In this document: positions 12,659 to 23,485 of the stretch, in pieces
Position numbering within the stretch: the stretch's first letter is position 1
How the letters are laid out: each line of letters opens with the position of its first letter
Origin: Octopus bimaculoides
Lineage: Eukaryota
Assembly: GCF_001194135.2 (NCBI RefSeq)
Contig: NC_068986.1
Coordinates: 60,454,836 to 60,509,466 of the forward strand
Direction of reading: 5' to 3'
Length of the DNA stretch: 54,631 bases
Notes under the pieces: generated by a model
What the model was told of the DNA's origin: nothing
The model's database searches: none
What the model saw: only the letters and a program-made list of their open reading frames with translations
Made by a program: the position numbers and the translations under genes

Positions 12659-13525
12659 ACATACAAAAATAGGACAAGAATGCAAAATATCCAGATAGTT
12701 AGGCGAAACAAAAAAGGGAGAACAAAATATCCAGACAGACAATACAAGGATAACAAGGACAGATCATTCAGAGATTCCTATCCTCATTTGCAATTTTGGC
12801 TGGTTATACTCGAGATTGCTTCAATCTTGCCAGTCCCAAGGAAAAAATAAGCTAAGAGCATTAGATTCCTTGGAAGAAAGCAGCGAATGTATACGAAAGC
12901 AGGGACGGAAAAAAACGGAGAAGTGTTACACAAATACAAATGGAATTAACAGGACATAACAACAGGTGTCTTTCGACTAAGGACGAATTAAATTAAGCTG
13001 GCGTGTGGGGAAGTAAAGCCTTACGGCAGGGACATAGGATTTGACAGGCACGGAAGGGAATATAGATGTTGCACGGATGGTAGTGGAACCAAGAAAGAAA
13101 GGTCAGGCCTGACCGAACACTGGTCACATAGGGAGAGAAGAGAGAGAGGTAGAGGCAGAGGGATAGAAGAATTAAAGAGGGGCGAGAAAAAAATGAAAGA
13201 GACACAGTGAAGTGAAGGAGGGAAAGTGAGCATGAAGAGAAGGCCAGGAAATGTGAGAGAGGGGGAACGAAAGAACAAAGAGTGGAATGAACGAAGTGTG
13301 AAAGGGCTGATAAAAGAAGGCAAGAATGACAGAATACAAAGAATAATAGAGTCGTACAAAATTTAGATATATATATACTTACATATAAGAGACTAAAGTG
13401 TACGTACGCCGCTATATTTTACATATAAACAAATACAAAAATGGGACAAGAGGTGAAACAAAAAAGGGACAACAAAATATCCAGACAGACAATACAAGGA
13501 TAACAAGGACAGAGCATTCAGAGTT
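12655..13525. repeat. Direct repeat of ~100 bp (about 12660-12775 and 13430-13525) flanking a purine-rich repeat body
   Basis: caacaaaatatccagacagacaatacaaggataacaaggacaga..cattcagag occurs twice; possibly PLE pseudo-LTR-derived (inference). Confidence 0.6.
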
Positions 13526-14213
13526 TTCTTTCTTCATTCGAGTTCCAGATTATCTTTTTAATTTCGGCTGGTTATATATACACTCAGGTCTTTTACTAGA
13601 ACCCACACAGAAACAGACAAAACAACCATTCATTTTCACATTTAGACAGCTGGGTGGCTGGGGGGATTTGGGGTCGAAGTTTTTCATTAAAATTTGAACT
13701 TGTGTTTATTTTTTTCCATATNNNNNNNNNNNNNNNNNNNNNNNNNNNNNNNNNNNNNNNNNNNNNNNNNNNNNNNNNNNNNNNNNNNNNNNNNNNNNNN
13801 NNNNNNNNNNNNNNNNNNNNNNNNNNNNNNNNNNNNNNNNNNNNNNNNNNNNNNNNNNNNNNNNNNNNNNNNNNNNNNNNNNNNNNNNNNNNNNNNNNNN
13901 NNNNNNNNNNNNNNNNNNNNNNNNNNNNNNNNNNNNNNNNNNNNNNNNNNNNNNNNNNNNNNNNNNNNNNNNNNNNNNNNNNNNNNNNNNNNNNNNNNNN
14001 NNNNNNNNNNNNNNNNNNNNNNNNNNNNNNNNNNNNNNNNNNNNNNNNNNNNNNNNNNNNNNNNNNNNNNNNNNNNNNNNNNNNNNNNNNNNNNNNNNNN
14101 NNNNNNNNNNNNNNNNNNNNNNNNNNNNNNNNNNNNNNNNNNNNNNNNNNNNNNNNNNNNNNNNNNNNNNNNNNNNNNNNNNNNNNNNNNNNNNNNNNNN
14201 NNNNNNNNNNNNN

Positions 14214-14480
14214 CGTGACAGCTAAAATATTTTTAACAATAAATGATGATCCGTTCCAGAATCTGTTGATTGGTGTGAGATATGTTAACAATCTATAATT
14301 TTGATTGGTCTGAGTATTTTTGTTTTAATGTTCATTTCTTATTAAATATATTTTAGCTGTCACGCTTAAATTTTCATTTCTTATTAAATAATATTTTAGC
14401 TGTCTCGAAATTGTCAGTTTACATTGATCCGTAGCCTTAATCTAGCAACTCTCGCCTCGGTCAAGCTGTCACGCTTAAAC
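14214..14480. repeat. Short direct and inverted repeats of tattttagctgtcacg
   Basis: cgtgacagctaaaata at 14214 versus its reverse complement at ~14349 and ~14392, plus a partial copy at ~14464. Confidence 0.55.
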
Positions 14481-14934
14481 GAAAAAGTGCCTTTTTTTTT
14501 TTGTAGGAGATGGGTGTAAAAATACATCAATTACATCAAGTGCCAAAATATACAGAATCAATTTTTATTTCCATATATAATATATAAACATGTACACTTT
14601 TTAGAACCTTGTCATTTTTACATTCGTTCGAAGAGGATCATTCACGCCATAGTTACTTAAACAAAAAGACTATCTTTTTGTAACTTGAAGGATCGTACAT
14701 AGTAAGAAATTCATAGAAACAGCGGAGTGAAAAATCAGCTTCGAAGGAATAAATAAATTCTACTACTTCATGTATTTAGTACATGTTTTGTTTGCATATC
14801 AAAACGTGTAGGCGCTGCGTTTGGAAGTAAAAACAGTGGAGAGAGAAATACATGCCAGACACTAGAGCTATGACATATACACAACTAATGCATACAAAAT
14901 AAAAATAACAAATTATTAGTTAACTTCCTTTTAC

Positions 14935-15012
14935 CTCTCGAATTTCACGTTCAGAATCCAAATATTTTTGGAAAGAAGCAAACATAAGCGTCAAATCAGA
15001 TTCATGAGCCAT
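14935..15012 (-). CDS. TSN: Translin coding exon 1 (78 nt): MAHESDLTLMFASFQKYLDSEREIRE
   Basis: ATG in context agaATGg, donor GAG|gtaaaa; F..FQ.YL..E.EIRE matches the translin N-terminus (human FVELQGFLAAEQDIRE); phase 0 matches exon 2. Confidence 0.92.
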
Positions 15013-15537
15013 TCTGTTGATATAGAAGACGAATGCTAAAAACGTGCGGAGCTAAACTTTTAGATTCGTATTGCACTTTTAGATTCGTATTGCACAGCAC
15101 TGTTACTCAAGACACACATGGTATTATTGTAATAATCTTCTTTTTTTTCCGCTACAACACTGATTGAAGAGACAAATACATAGACGCGATTTATATCGGA
15201 TAATAATAAAAATTACAAAGGCAAAATTATAATTATAAATACAAGATATGATAATTAATCCAAAACGGAAAACTACGTAGAATAAATCAAGATACTCAAC
15301 ATAGAGCCTGATTCTCCCCCCCCCCCCACCAACTTACTAAAGCAAAACACTCCTGTAAACAAATCTTAAACATTGATCCCACTCCATCAAATACTTGCAA
15401 TTTTCATCCTCCTTTCATAAAGCTTACTTTCTACTCTTACCCTCTTTTACTTTATTGGAAAAGAAAAGAACAGTTCTCAAACATTTTGTGCCCTCCACCC
15501 CTCTTTTTGTCATAGCCACCTTCTTGTTACAAGAAAA

Positions 15538-15900
15538 CTACATAAATTTTACTATGGAGATACGTGGCATTGTATTCATCCTACATGATCCAGTAGCTGT
15601 TTGATGTAGGCCCACAGGGAAGAATTTACAGTCAGTTGATGAGAGCAGGTATGCTTCAACTACATCTGAGATAAGACTGCAGTTCAAACTGCTATACTTG
15701 TACATCTTGTCTGGAACAGCCATAGAATTCTGGAAGTTGCTTATAATCTTCAATCTGAAAGTCCTTTGTAAGAGCTTTCTAAATGTGTCTTTATCAACAA
15801 CTAACACTCCAAGCATTTTGTCAATTATGTTGTCCACTAATTCTCTACAGAATGCTGGCTCATTTCTGCTACTAACTGCATGATCATGCCAGTGGACCAT
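15538..15900 (-). other. Unassigned 120-codon ORF immediately upstream of TSN
   Basis: Non-repetitive open frame in AT-rich DNA; a strong acceptor (tttttttttttcctcag) at 15980 is out of frame with it; no family recognised. Confidence 0.25.
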
Positions 15901-16109
15901 TTTGTGTGTTTGAACTATTCCACATTGCCAGTCTCAGTCAAGACTTTATCTAAGACTGCAACTTTCTCGTTGCTACAAGCTGAGGAAAAAAAAAACAACC
16001 TTTATTACAAATAAATGCAACATTGGCTTTACTGTAAGAAAATTTTATAAAAGTTACCAATATAAAAGCTTTACTGTAAGAAAATTTTTATAAAAGTTTT
16101 ATAAAAATT

Positions 16110-17040
16110 TTATAACCTGTCATAACTATCTTTTCTAACCCAAAACCTATTCCCAAATACAATAACAGATCATCTAGCCACTAAAAGGATCTTAATTTCA
16201 TCCATACTTAGGTCAGAATTACTCTTAGCAAATATTAGGGCCTTGTTTAAAACAACTTGATTAATCGAAGAATAATAATTGTTAATATCTATTTGAATAA
16301 ATCTATTCCTACCCTTATTCTCGACTTTATTAAACCAATCAATAACTTCATAAGAGTTAGACCAAAGATGCAACGTTATTTTAACCTCAAGAATTGGAAT
16401 ATACTTGTCTAAAATGGCTTTACTGAGTCTCCCCAAATCTGATTTCCCTGGGCAAATCAGGTGCATTGTGGGGTTACAATAAAAATTATCCTTTTAGCCT
16501 TTTAAAAGGAATCTAGGTCTTTTAGGAAGAAATGGTAATCCTCCAAATGATAATCTTCCATAATACTTTTAGCAATTAAATTATTCGTCCTCAAAACATT
16601 CTGATCAGCTATTTGTATGCTTTGGTAATTTCCTTTTTTTAATAGCTTGTGATAAAGATTAATGTCACGATTATATAAGTTTCCGGTCAGAAACAATTGA
16701 TTTCAATTTCAATAAATGACTTTGACCCTTAATGGGGAATTTTTTAGACTTAACATTCTTAATGATGTCCCATAATTCATTTTCAAAACAAGTAAGATGA
16801 CTATTCAAAGGCGGAAATTTCATAGTTTTAAAAATTTTCTTATATATATTTTCATTAACAGCTCCTTGATCAATATCTGGCAACTCAGTCCTTCTATCGA
16901 AATAAAATGTTTTCCATCTGAGTCAATGAATAAATTCAGTAGTTTTAATTACCAGGTCTTTCAAAAATTCTTTCTTAGATGGAATTGGAATATCCTTCAT
17001 AGATACGTCAACAGCAATCTTTTCCATTCTACCAGGTTGA
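16110..17040 (-). mobile_element. Penelope-like element, N-terminal region and RT N-half (degenerate)
   Basis: SMKDIPIPSKKEFLKDLV..LRWK; LICPGKSDLGRLSKAILD; FIQIDINNYYSSIN..LNKALIFA. Confidence 0.85.
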
Positions 17041-17189
17041 ACAAATAACACAGGACTACCGAAGTAGCAAAACAATAATAAAATGGATGTCAAACATCCA
17101 AGTCCACCGGTACAATCCAAGTAAAGAATATATATAGATATATATTCACTATTTGAAAAATCAATAAATAAAGTATAAGGAAAGGAAAA

Positions 17190-17642
17190 AGCCAGTTCTG
17201 GAGTGGTTTTACGTGGATCTTTTTCAATGATGGTCTTCAATTGACTGTCATCGATTACAGATAGGTGTCTGCTATGCCCATGATCTTCAAGGCTCAGGTC
17301 TCCAGTGGGAAATCGTTTAAACCATTTTCAAGGTGACCACTCACTGGTCATTTCCTCACCAAATGTTTCATTGATATCACAAGCAGTTTCAGCTGCTTTA
17401 CATCCTTTTTTGAAGTTGAATAGCAAAATTGATCGAATATCGTGCTTTGACAGTTCCATTTCAGATGGTAGTAACAACAGTGAAAAAAATATCACTGTTA
17501 ATTTATTGATGCATTTGTGCAAGTCAATGTCTGTATTATCAGATAATTGCAAAAAATGTCTAAAAACAATTTAAAACTCTGCAAAAATCTGGTGCAAACT
17601 CTTCATGGTTCAAAACGTTGCTTACTTTTCACTCAACCTGAT
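17190..17642 (-). mobile_element. Mariner transposon 5' remnant (TIR + HTH region)
   Basis: TA+TCAGGTTGAGTGAAAAGTAAGCAACG terminal sequence at ~17612-17642; MELSKHDIRSILLFNFKKGCKAAETACDINETFG..WFKRF..LEDH..IEKDPRKTT. Confidence 0.85.
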
Positions 17643-17800
17643 ATATATATCTTACATATTAAAACTAAAAGTGTGTGTGTGTGTATCGGTATGTCCGCGT
17701 TTTGCGCCAAAATGGCTCGGCCAATTTTTCTTAAACTTCACACACACATTGCTTATGTGTCTGGGGAGGTTTTAAGTATAAATTGATTTTGAAAAAATGC
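17643..17800 (+). mobile_element. Non-autonomous Helitron-like 5' fragment
   Basis: TC..ATATTAAAACT start followed by (GT)n and a ccaatttttcttaaacttcacacac motif. Confidence 0.45.
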
Positions 17801-17914
17801 TCGAGTAAATGGCGGAAGGAATAACATTTGGGTGTGAGTGAACAGTAGGAGTAATGATTTTTAAGCTTCCAAGGAAAATAACCCATTCATTTTCAGTATG
17901 CTTATTTCTTTATT

Positions 17915-18650
17915 TTATTTAAACTACTCAGCTTTTGGGTTAGCAGCAGTAGCAACAACTGGTGCAAAAAACTATCCAACCGTTGGTCATTGTGATGTAT
18001 TTACAAAGCCATCCACAGAGAAAGCCTCCACATCCTACTGACCCATTCAAGACTGTTTCTATGTAAACACCCATCAATGAGGTGGCCATGCGCCCTGCAT
18101 ACTGGTGAACTGCCCTATTCACAACACTAACATGTGTCTATACACATATGTAGTATACTAGATATAATGCTCCTAATGCAACAACTGTTACATTGGTAGC
18201 ACAGTCCAGTCACTCCATGTCCGAATAAAGGAGCACTTCACTACTGATGTGTCTTCCTTCCACAAACACCTGGGAAAATGTGGTAACTTACCAAAGAGAC
18301 AGATGCCATCATACTGTCCTTCGAGAGGAACATTGGAAATTTTTGTATTAAGGAGGCTATACTGATCCACTGCCTCAACCTGAAAATTAACAATCAACCG
18401 GAGATGGGCTGGTGACTTTTATGAAGACATCACAGCAACTGTGACCAAAATCATAACAAACACCACTAACATCATTTTTCCCCACCATGTGAAAATATGT
18501 CACAACGACCAACAATTAAAGAGTTGATGCTATTGCTACTAACCCAAAAGCTGAGCAATTTAAATAAAATAATGAAATCAATGTAACTAGACGTTTCTTG
18601 GACTGCTTCCTTCTGAGGATGGACCTTTGCACCTGAAATATAAAGCTTTT
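17915..18650 (+). mobile_element. Penelope-like element 3' fragment (GIY-YIG endonuclease) bracketed by ~50-bp inverted repeats
   Basis: CNNCYIGSTVQSLHVRIKEH..KEAILIH..LKIN at ~18175-18395; ttattttatttaaactactcagcttttgggttagcagcagtagc (~17910-17952) is the reverse complement of ~18532-18572. Confidence 0.8.
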
Positions 18651-19595
18651 TGTAAAACTTTCTGTATTGTTAGAAACTTTCTATATTTTCCTTTTCTTTT
18701 TCAACATATATTATTCTTATACAAGAATAATATATATATTTTGCTAGCCAAAACTATGAAGTCACTGTCAACAAAATTCTTGTATAAGAATAATAAATTT
18801 GTACTCTATGACAAAAGTATAGAGTAACCCATCAGATTAATGAATAATTATTTTTATTATAACTGGACATAAAAACAAACACACACACACACACATATTA
18901 CATATATTACAGAAAGAGAAATGTCCAATGAAAAGTTCAATGCTGGCAAAATTAATTACTAGAATAACTAACAACTCCAAGTAGTAATCTTATTTATTGT
19001 ATAACACAAACACAACATTAAGATTGTCACTAGATCAACATTAGACAAACCTAAAAACTTTTGCATAGATTTTTTGTAAGGAAAAATATTATTATTAAAT
19101 ATTAAATTATTTTGCGGGTGTGGGTAATTTTGTAGTTTGAGTAGTTTGATTCCAGGAGTTATCCTGGCTAGGATCATTACTTTTGACATATCAAACTATG
19201 TCATACAGGTCCTAAGGAAAGAATCTTATAAAAAATAAGCTATATTCCTTTGCAGTGAGGAGCAGAATTAAGCTTAAATCCAACAGTGTTGTGAAATAAC
19301 TCCAATTCACAGAAAAAGAAGCTATAGAAATGATTACTATACGGTTGATAACCAAATACCAAACAACTAATTCAATAACTACTATTTCTCAACCTCAAAT
19401 GGAGGGAGGTAGTCTGAAACACATAAGTTCCAAACTTTGGAATCTTTGATCACCAATGGGCTTTGCAAGAGTCCTGTTACACTCAGTTCTGATTGTTCGA
19501 AAGGTTAATGTGTGTAATAGAAAAAGTGCTGCCAAACATACTTAAAGTTCTATTTTTCCAGCATGTGTCATTAAAATGTCTTTTCCATTGAGATA

Positions 19596-20190
19596 GGGGG
19601 ACAAGTCTGTGTTGATCCACAAGTTTCGTTTTGATGGCAAGGCCAACTCCATGGATGTGTGGTTTGTTAGGATTTTTCCCCTTCCAAAAAATGGTGTATT
19701 TGGAACCAGCTTCTCTGATGCTGCCTTATCAGGGAAGCCTAGTCTCACTCGAGGCTACCACATTGATGTTGAAATGGGTAAGTTCCTTGCAGACAAGGGC
19801 TGTACATCACTCTGGATGATTAACGTCACATTTGTCCTGGAGAGTGCGGACGTTCTAGACCCCAAAAGTGAGAGGTGGTGAAACAAAGGATTTAGTAGTC
19901 AATGATGGATGAGCAGAAGTAGAGTTCTGACCACTGAGTGGGAGGTCCGTCAGCCGCAGTATGCTGGCCAGATCGAGTTGCCGTGTCTGATATTTACCCC
20001 ACCTTTTCTAGGGGCTCTCCCTTAAGGGGTGGGTTGCAGTAATCTTAAAGAGGTCAGCCCAGTCATGAGTCCAGCTGCTGAGTTCGAATGTTACAGCTAT
20101 TCTTTGGAGAGCGACCAATGTGTGGTCACAGACTAGAGGCTTCCAGCTTTCTAGACCTGCCTCTGGCACTAGCAATACCATTGGCATTGG
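19596..20190 (-). mobile_element. Inverted 5' segment of RTE (5' UTR + endonuclease start)
   Basis: 19596-19915 is the reverse complement of ~20380-20660 (roughly 85% identical by eye). Confidence 0.85.
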
Positions 20191-20229
20191 GCTTTTTTTT
20201 CTTTTTGAGACTCAAAGAGTAGAAAGATG

Positions 20230-23200
20230 AAGCCAGTCACTGAGTGAATTGTTTGAGGTTATTGAGGCTGCGCAATGGCCACGTGCACACACTCGGCCAG
20301 TAACTTCTCCAATAGTCATTCTTTGCCATGGTGGAAGAGCTTGTGTGCCCCAATGATTCTGAGAGCGATGCTGTCTGGAGTCCATCATCGACTACTAAAT
20401 CCTTTGTTTCACAACCTCTCACTTTTGGGGTCTGGAACATCCGCACTTTCCAGGACAGCGTGACATTAATCGTCCGGAGCAACGTACAGCCCTTGTCTGC
20501 AAGGAACTTGCCTGTTTTAACATCAATGTGGCAGCCTCAAGCGAGACTAGGCTTCGCAGATACACCATTTTTTTGGAAGGGGAAGAATCCTAACAAACCA
20601 TGCATCCATGGAGTTGGCTTTGCCATCAAAATGAAACTCGTAGATCAACACAGACTCGTCCCAACTGCTGTCAGCGAATGCCTGATACCTTACACTGATT
20701 TCTGAAGATGACGTCAAGGCTTTGTTCTACAATCTACTGGACCACACCATCCAGACAGTCCCCATGCATGACAAACTTGTCCTGTTAGGGGGCTTTAATG
20801 GCAGAGTCAGCAGTGACCATTGTCTGTGGAACGGCATTCTTAGTCATCTCGGCATTGGGAAATGCAATATCAATGGCCAGCTCCTCCTGGGCCTTTGTGC
20901 TGAGTATGAACTCGTCATCACCAACTCCCTATTTTGTCTCCCTGCCCGACAAAAGACGACCTGGAAACACCCACGGTCTAAACACTGGCACATCCTCAAC
21001 TACATTCTGACAAGATCCAAGGACAGATGAGATGTACACATCACCTGCTCCATGCCTGGTGGATGGGTCACCGCCTTCTTATTTCTTGCCTTGACATCAA
21101 GATCCACCGTCCACCAAAGCAGGTCTCAGCAAACACACCTTGCCAACGCTTCAACTGTGCCAAACTCCAGAACTCAGAGGCATCCCAAGACTTCAGGGAA
21201 TCCATTGAGAGACACTTGATGGACCTCCCAGAGCCGACCTCCATTGAGGATCGCTGGACCAGCCTTCGTGATGCCATGACCACTGCCGCTGAAGAGACGA
21301 TCAGCTTTGCTCGGAAGATGAACCAAGACTGGTTTGACAAGAATGATGAAACCATCTCCCATCTCATAAAAGCTAAACTCCAGATGCGCCTCACCTTCAA
21401 GAGCCATGCCACTGTGGAGAACAAACGAAAACACCAGCAAGCATCAGTGGAATGCCAGCGAGGAATTAGAGGAGTTCAGAACATCTGGTGACAGAGAAAA
21501 GCAAAGGAGATGCAAAACTATGTAGACTGAGACTGGCACTGCTTTTATGCCGCAACTAAGGAGATCTTTGGCCCCACAAGGTCATCAGAGGGTGGCCTGA
21601 AGAACGCAGCTGGCTCTACAATAACTAACACCCAGGGAATCCTCAACTGCTGGAATTCCCATTTCGAGAGCCTGCTTAATGACCACTCATGCACTTCAGA
21701 CGATTTCCCCCAAAACACTCCACAGCTCCCTATCCACCACTGGATGTGCCTGTCGCCCTCACCCCATAAGTTCAACAAAGGCATTCAAGTGCATGAAACA
21801 GGGCAAAGCTCCAGGACCAGACATCCTGTTTGAGATTTTCACGCATAAAGGTCCGAGCTGAGAAATCATCTGACACTCCTTATCCTCAAGATCTGGGAAA
21901 GCAAGACCCTCCCGAATGACTTCTGCAATGCAACTATCATCATCATCTACAAGAAGGGAGACTGAGAGGATTGCAAGAATTATCGGGGCATCTTACTCCT
22001 GAGTATTGCAAGCAAGATCTTCGCTCATATCCTACTCAATCACCTCCTCATCCTTGCGGAAGATGTCCTCCTTGAGTCCCAGTGTGGCTTTCCGTCCTCT
22101 CAAGGCACAATCGACATGATCTTTTGTGTCTGCCCACTGCAGGAGAAGTGTCAAGAACAACAACAGCCTGCAATGTTCATCTTCTGGGATCTAAAGAAAG
22201 CCTTTAACAAGGTTCCCTGTCTTGCATGGTTTGGATGTCCAGAGGACTTCATTGCCCTGGTCTGCTCCCTTTACAACGGCATGGTGGGTAGGGTATGCCA
22301 TCAAAATGTCCTCACAGACTCGTTTCCCTTCACTGGGGGTCTTAAGCAAGGATGTATCCTGGCACCAACCTGTTTCTCTTTGTACATGGCCGCCATGTTC
22401 AATGAAGTCCCATTAGACTCACTTTCCATCAACATGCACTATCGTTTGGATGGCGGACTATTCAATCTCACATGTCTCCGCGCAAAGACAAGCACCTTCG
22501 CCATCTCAGTGTGTGAGATGCAGTATGCCGATGACAATGCCACTCCAAGCCAGACTATAGATGACCAATCTTTACAACGTGGCTTATGAATGCTTTTTGG
22601 GATGCAGGTAAACATATTAAAGACCAAGACTCTGATCCAACCTGCACCAGGCCAGAAAAGTCCACCAATGAACATTAGCATCAATGGCCAACTCCTAGAA
22701 GTTGAACACTTCTCATAGCTTGGGTGTATTCTTTCAAAGACCCCCATGTGTGAAAAGGACTGGGAAAACCAGAACAGGGCAGCCCACTCTGCTTTTGGTA
22801 GACTAAGCCACGTGTATTCTTCAATCACGCACTGACCATCCCGACAAAAATCATTGTTTTCTGTGCTATTGTCCTGTCAACTCTTCTCTACACTTGAGAC
22901 TTGGATGCTGCACCTTGAATGCTTCCAGCAATCTCAGCTACAACAGATCCTCAATATTCAAAGGGAAGATCATATTACCAACAATGAGGTTCTTCGCTAT
23001 GCCTCACTACCAAGCATCAAAGCCACCATTCTTTGCCATCATCTCTGCTGGGCAGGTCACATCCAACATATGGAGCCCTCTCGTCTCCCAAGAATCATGC
23101 TCTACAGAGAACTTGCAATCAGAACAAGACCCAGAGGTGGCCCGAAATTCCGTTTTAAAGACCAGCTGAAACGGACTCTGGTTCAAACTAACATCCAGCC

Positions 23201-23485
23201 ATCCTCATGGGAACAGATTGCCATGGATAAGACAGCCTCGATGACCGCCATCTGAAATGGAGCCAGCTCCTTCAAGCAGAACAGACAACAGAATGAGGAG
23301 GTAAAACACAGAAGAAAGGAGTATCTTCAACATCCTCGACCCACACCAACTATCCTATGCGAATTCTGCCCATGACTCTTTCACCACCAACTTGGACTCC
23401 AAAGTCACATTTGGCACAAACATCTGCTGAGGAGACTGGATGGAGACTGAAGAACCCAATGCTTGGATACGAGCTGGAGCTGATG
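20230..23485 (+). mobile_element. Near-full-length degenerate RTE (BovB-like) LINE: 5' UTR, APE endonuclease, RT, C-terminal C2H2
   Basis: TFGVWNIRT, LGGFNGRV, TTWKHPRSKHWHILNY, KAPGPD, NYRGI.LLS, DLKKAF, KQGCILAP, QYADD, HLCWAGH..RGGPKFRFKDQLK, CEFC..FHHQLGLQSH; ends gagctgatg next to TSD attgagata. Confidence 0.92.

Noticed and set aside
16923-17240. ORF that appears to fuse mariner HTH residues to a PLE N-terminus
   Set aside because: It is a chance in-frame junction of two dead elements; both continue with stops and frameshifts.
18188-18397. Exon-like minus-strand segment VEAVDQYSLLNTK.. with an AG acceptor and GTAAGT donor
   Set aside because: It is the antisense of a plus-strand PLE GIY-YIG fragment.
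20300-20385. Possible HDV-like ribozyme in the RTE 5' UTR
   Set aside because: Such ribozymes are known in some RTE elements, but I could not build the nested double pseudoknot from this copy.
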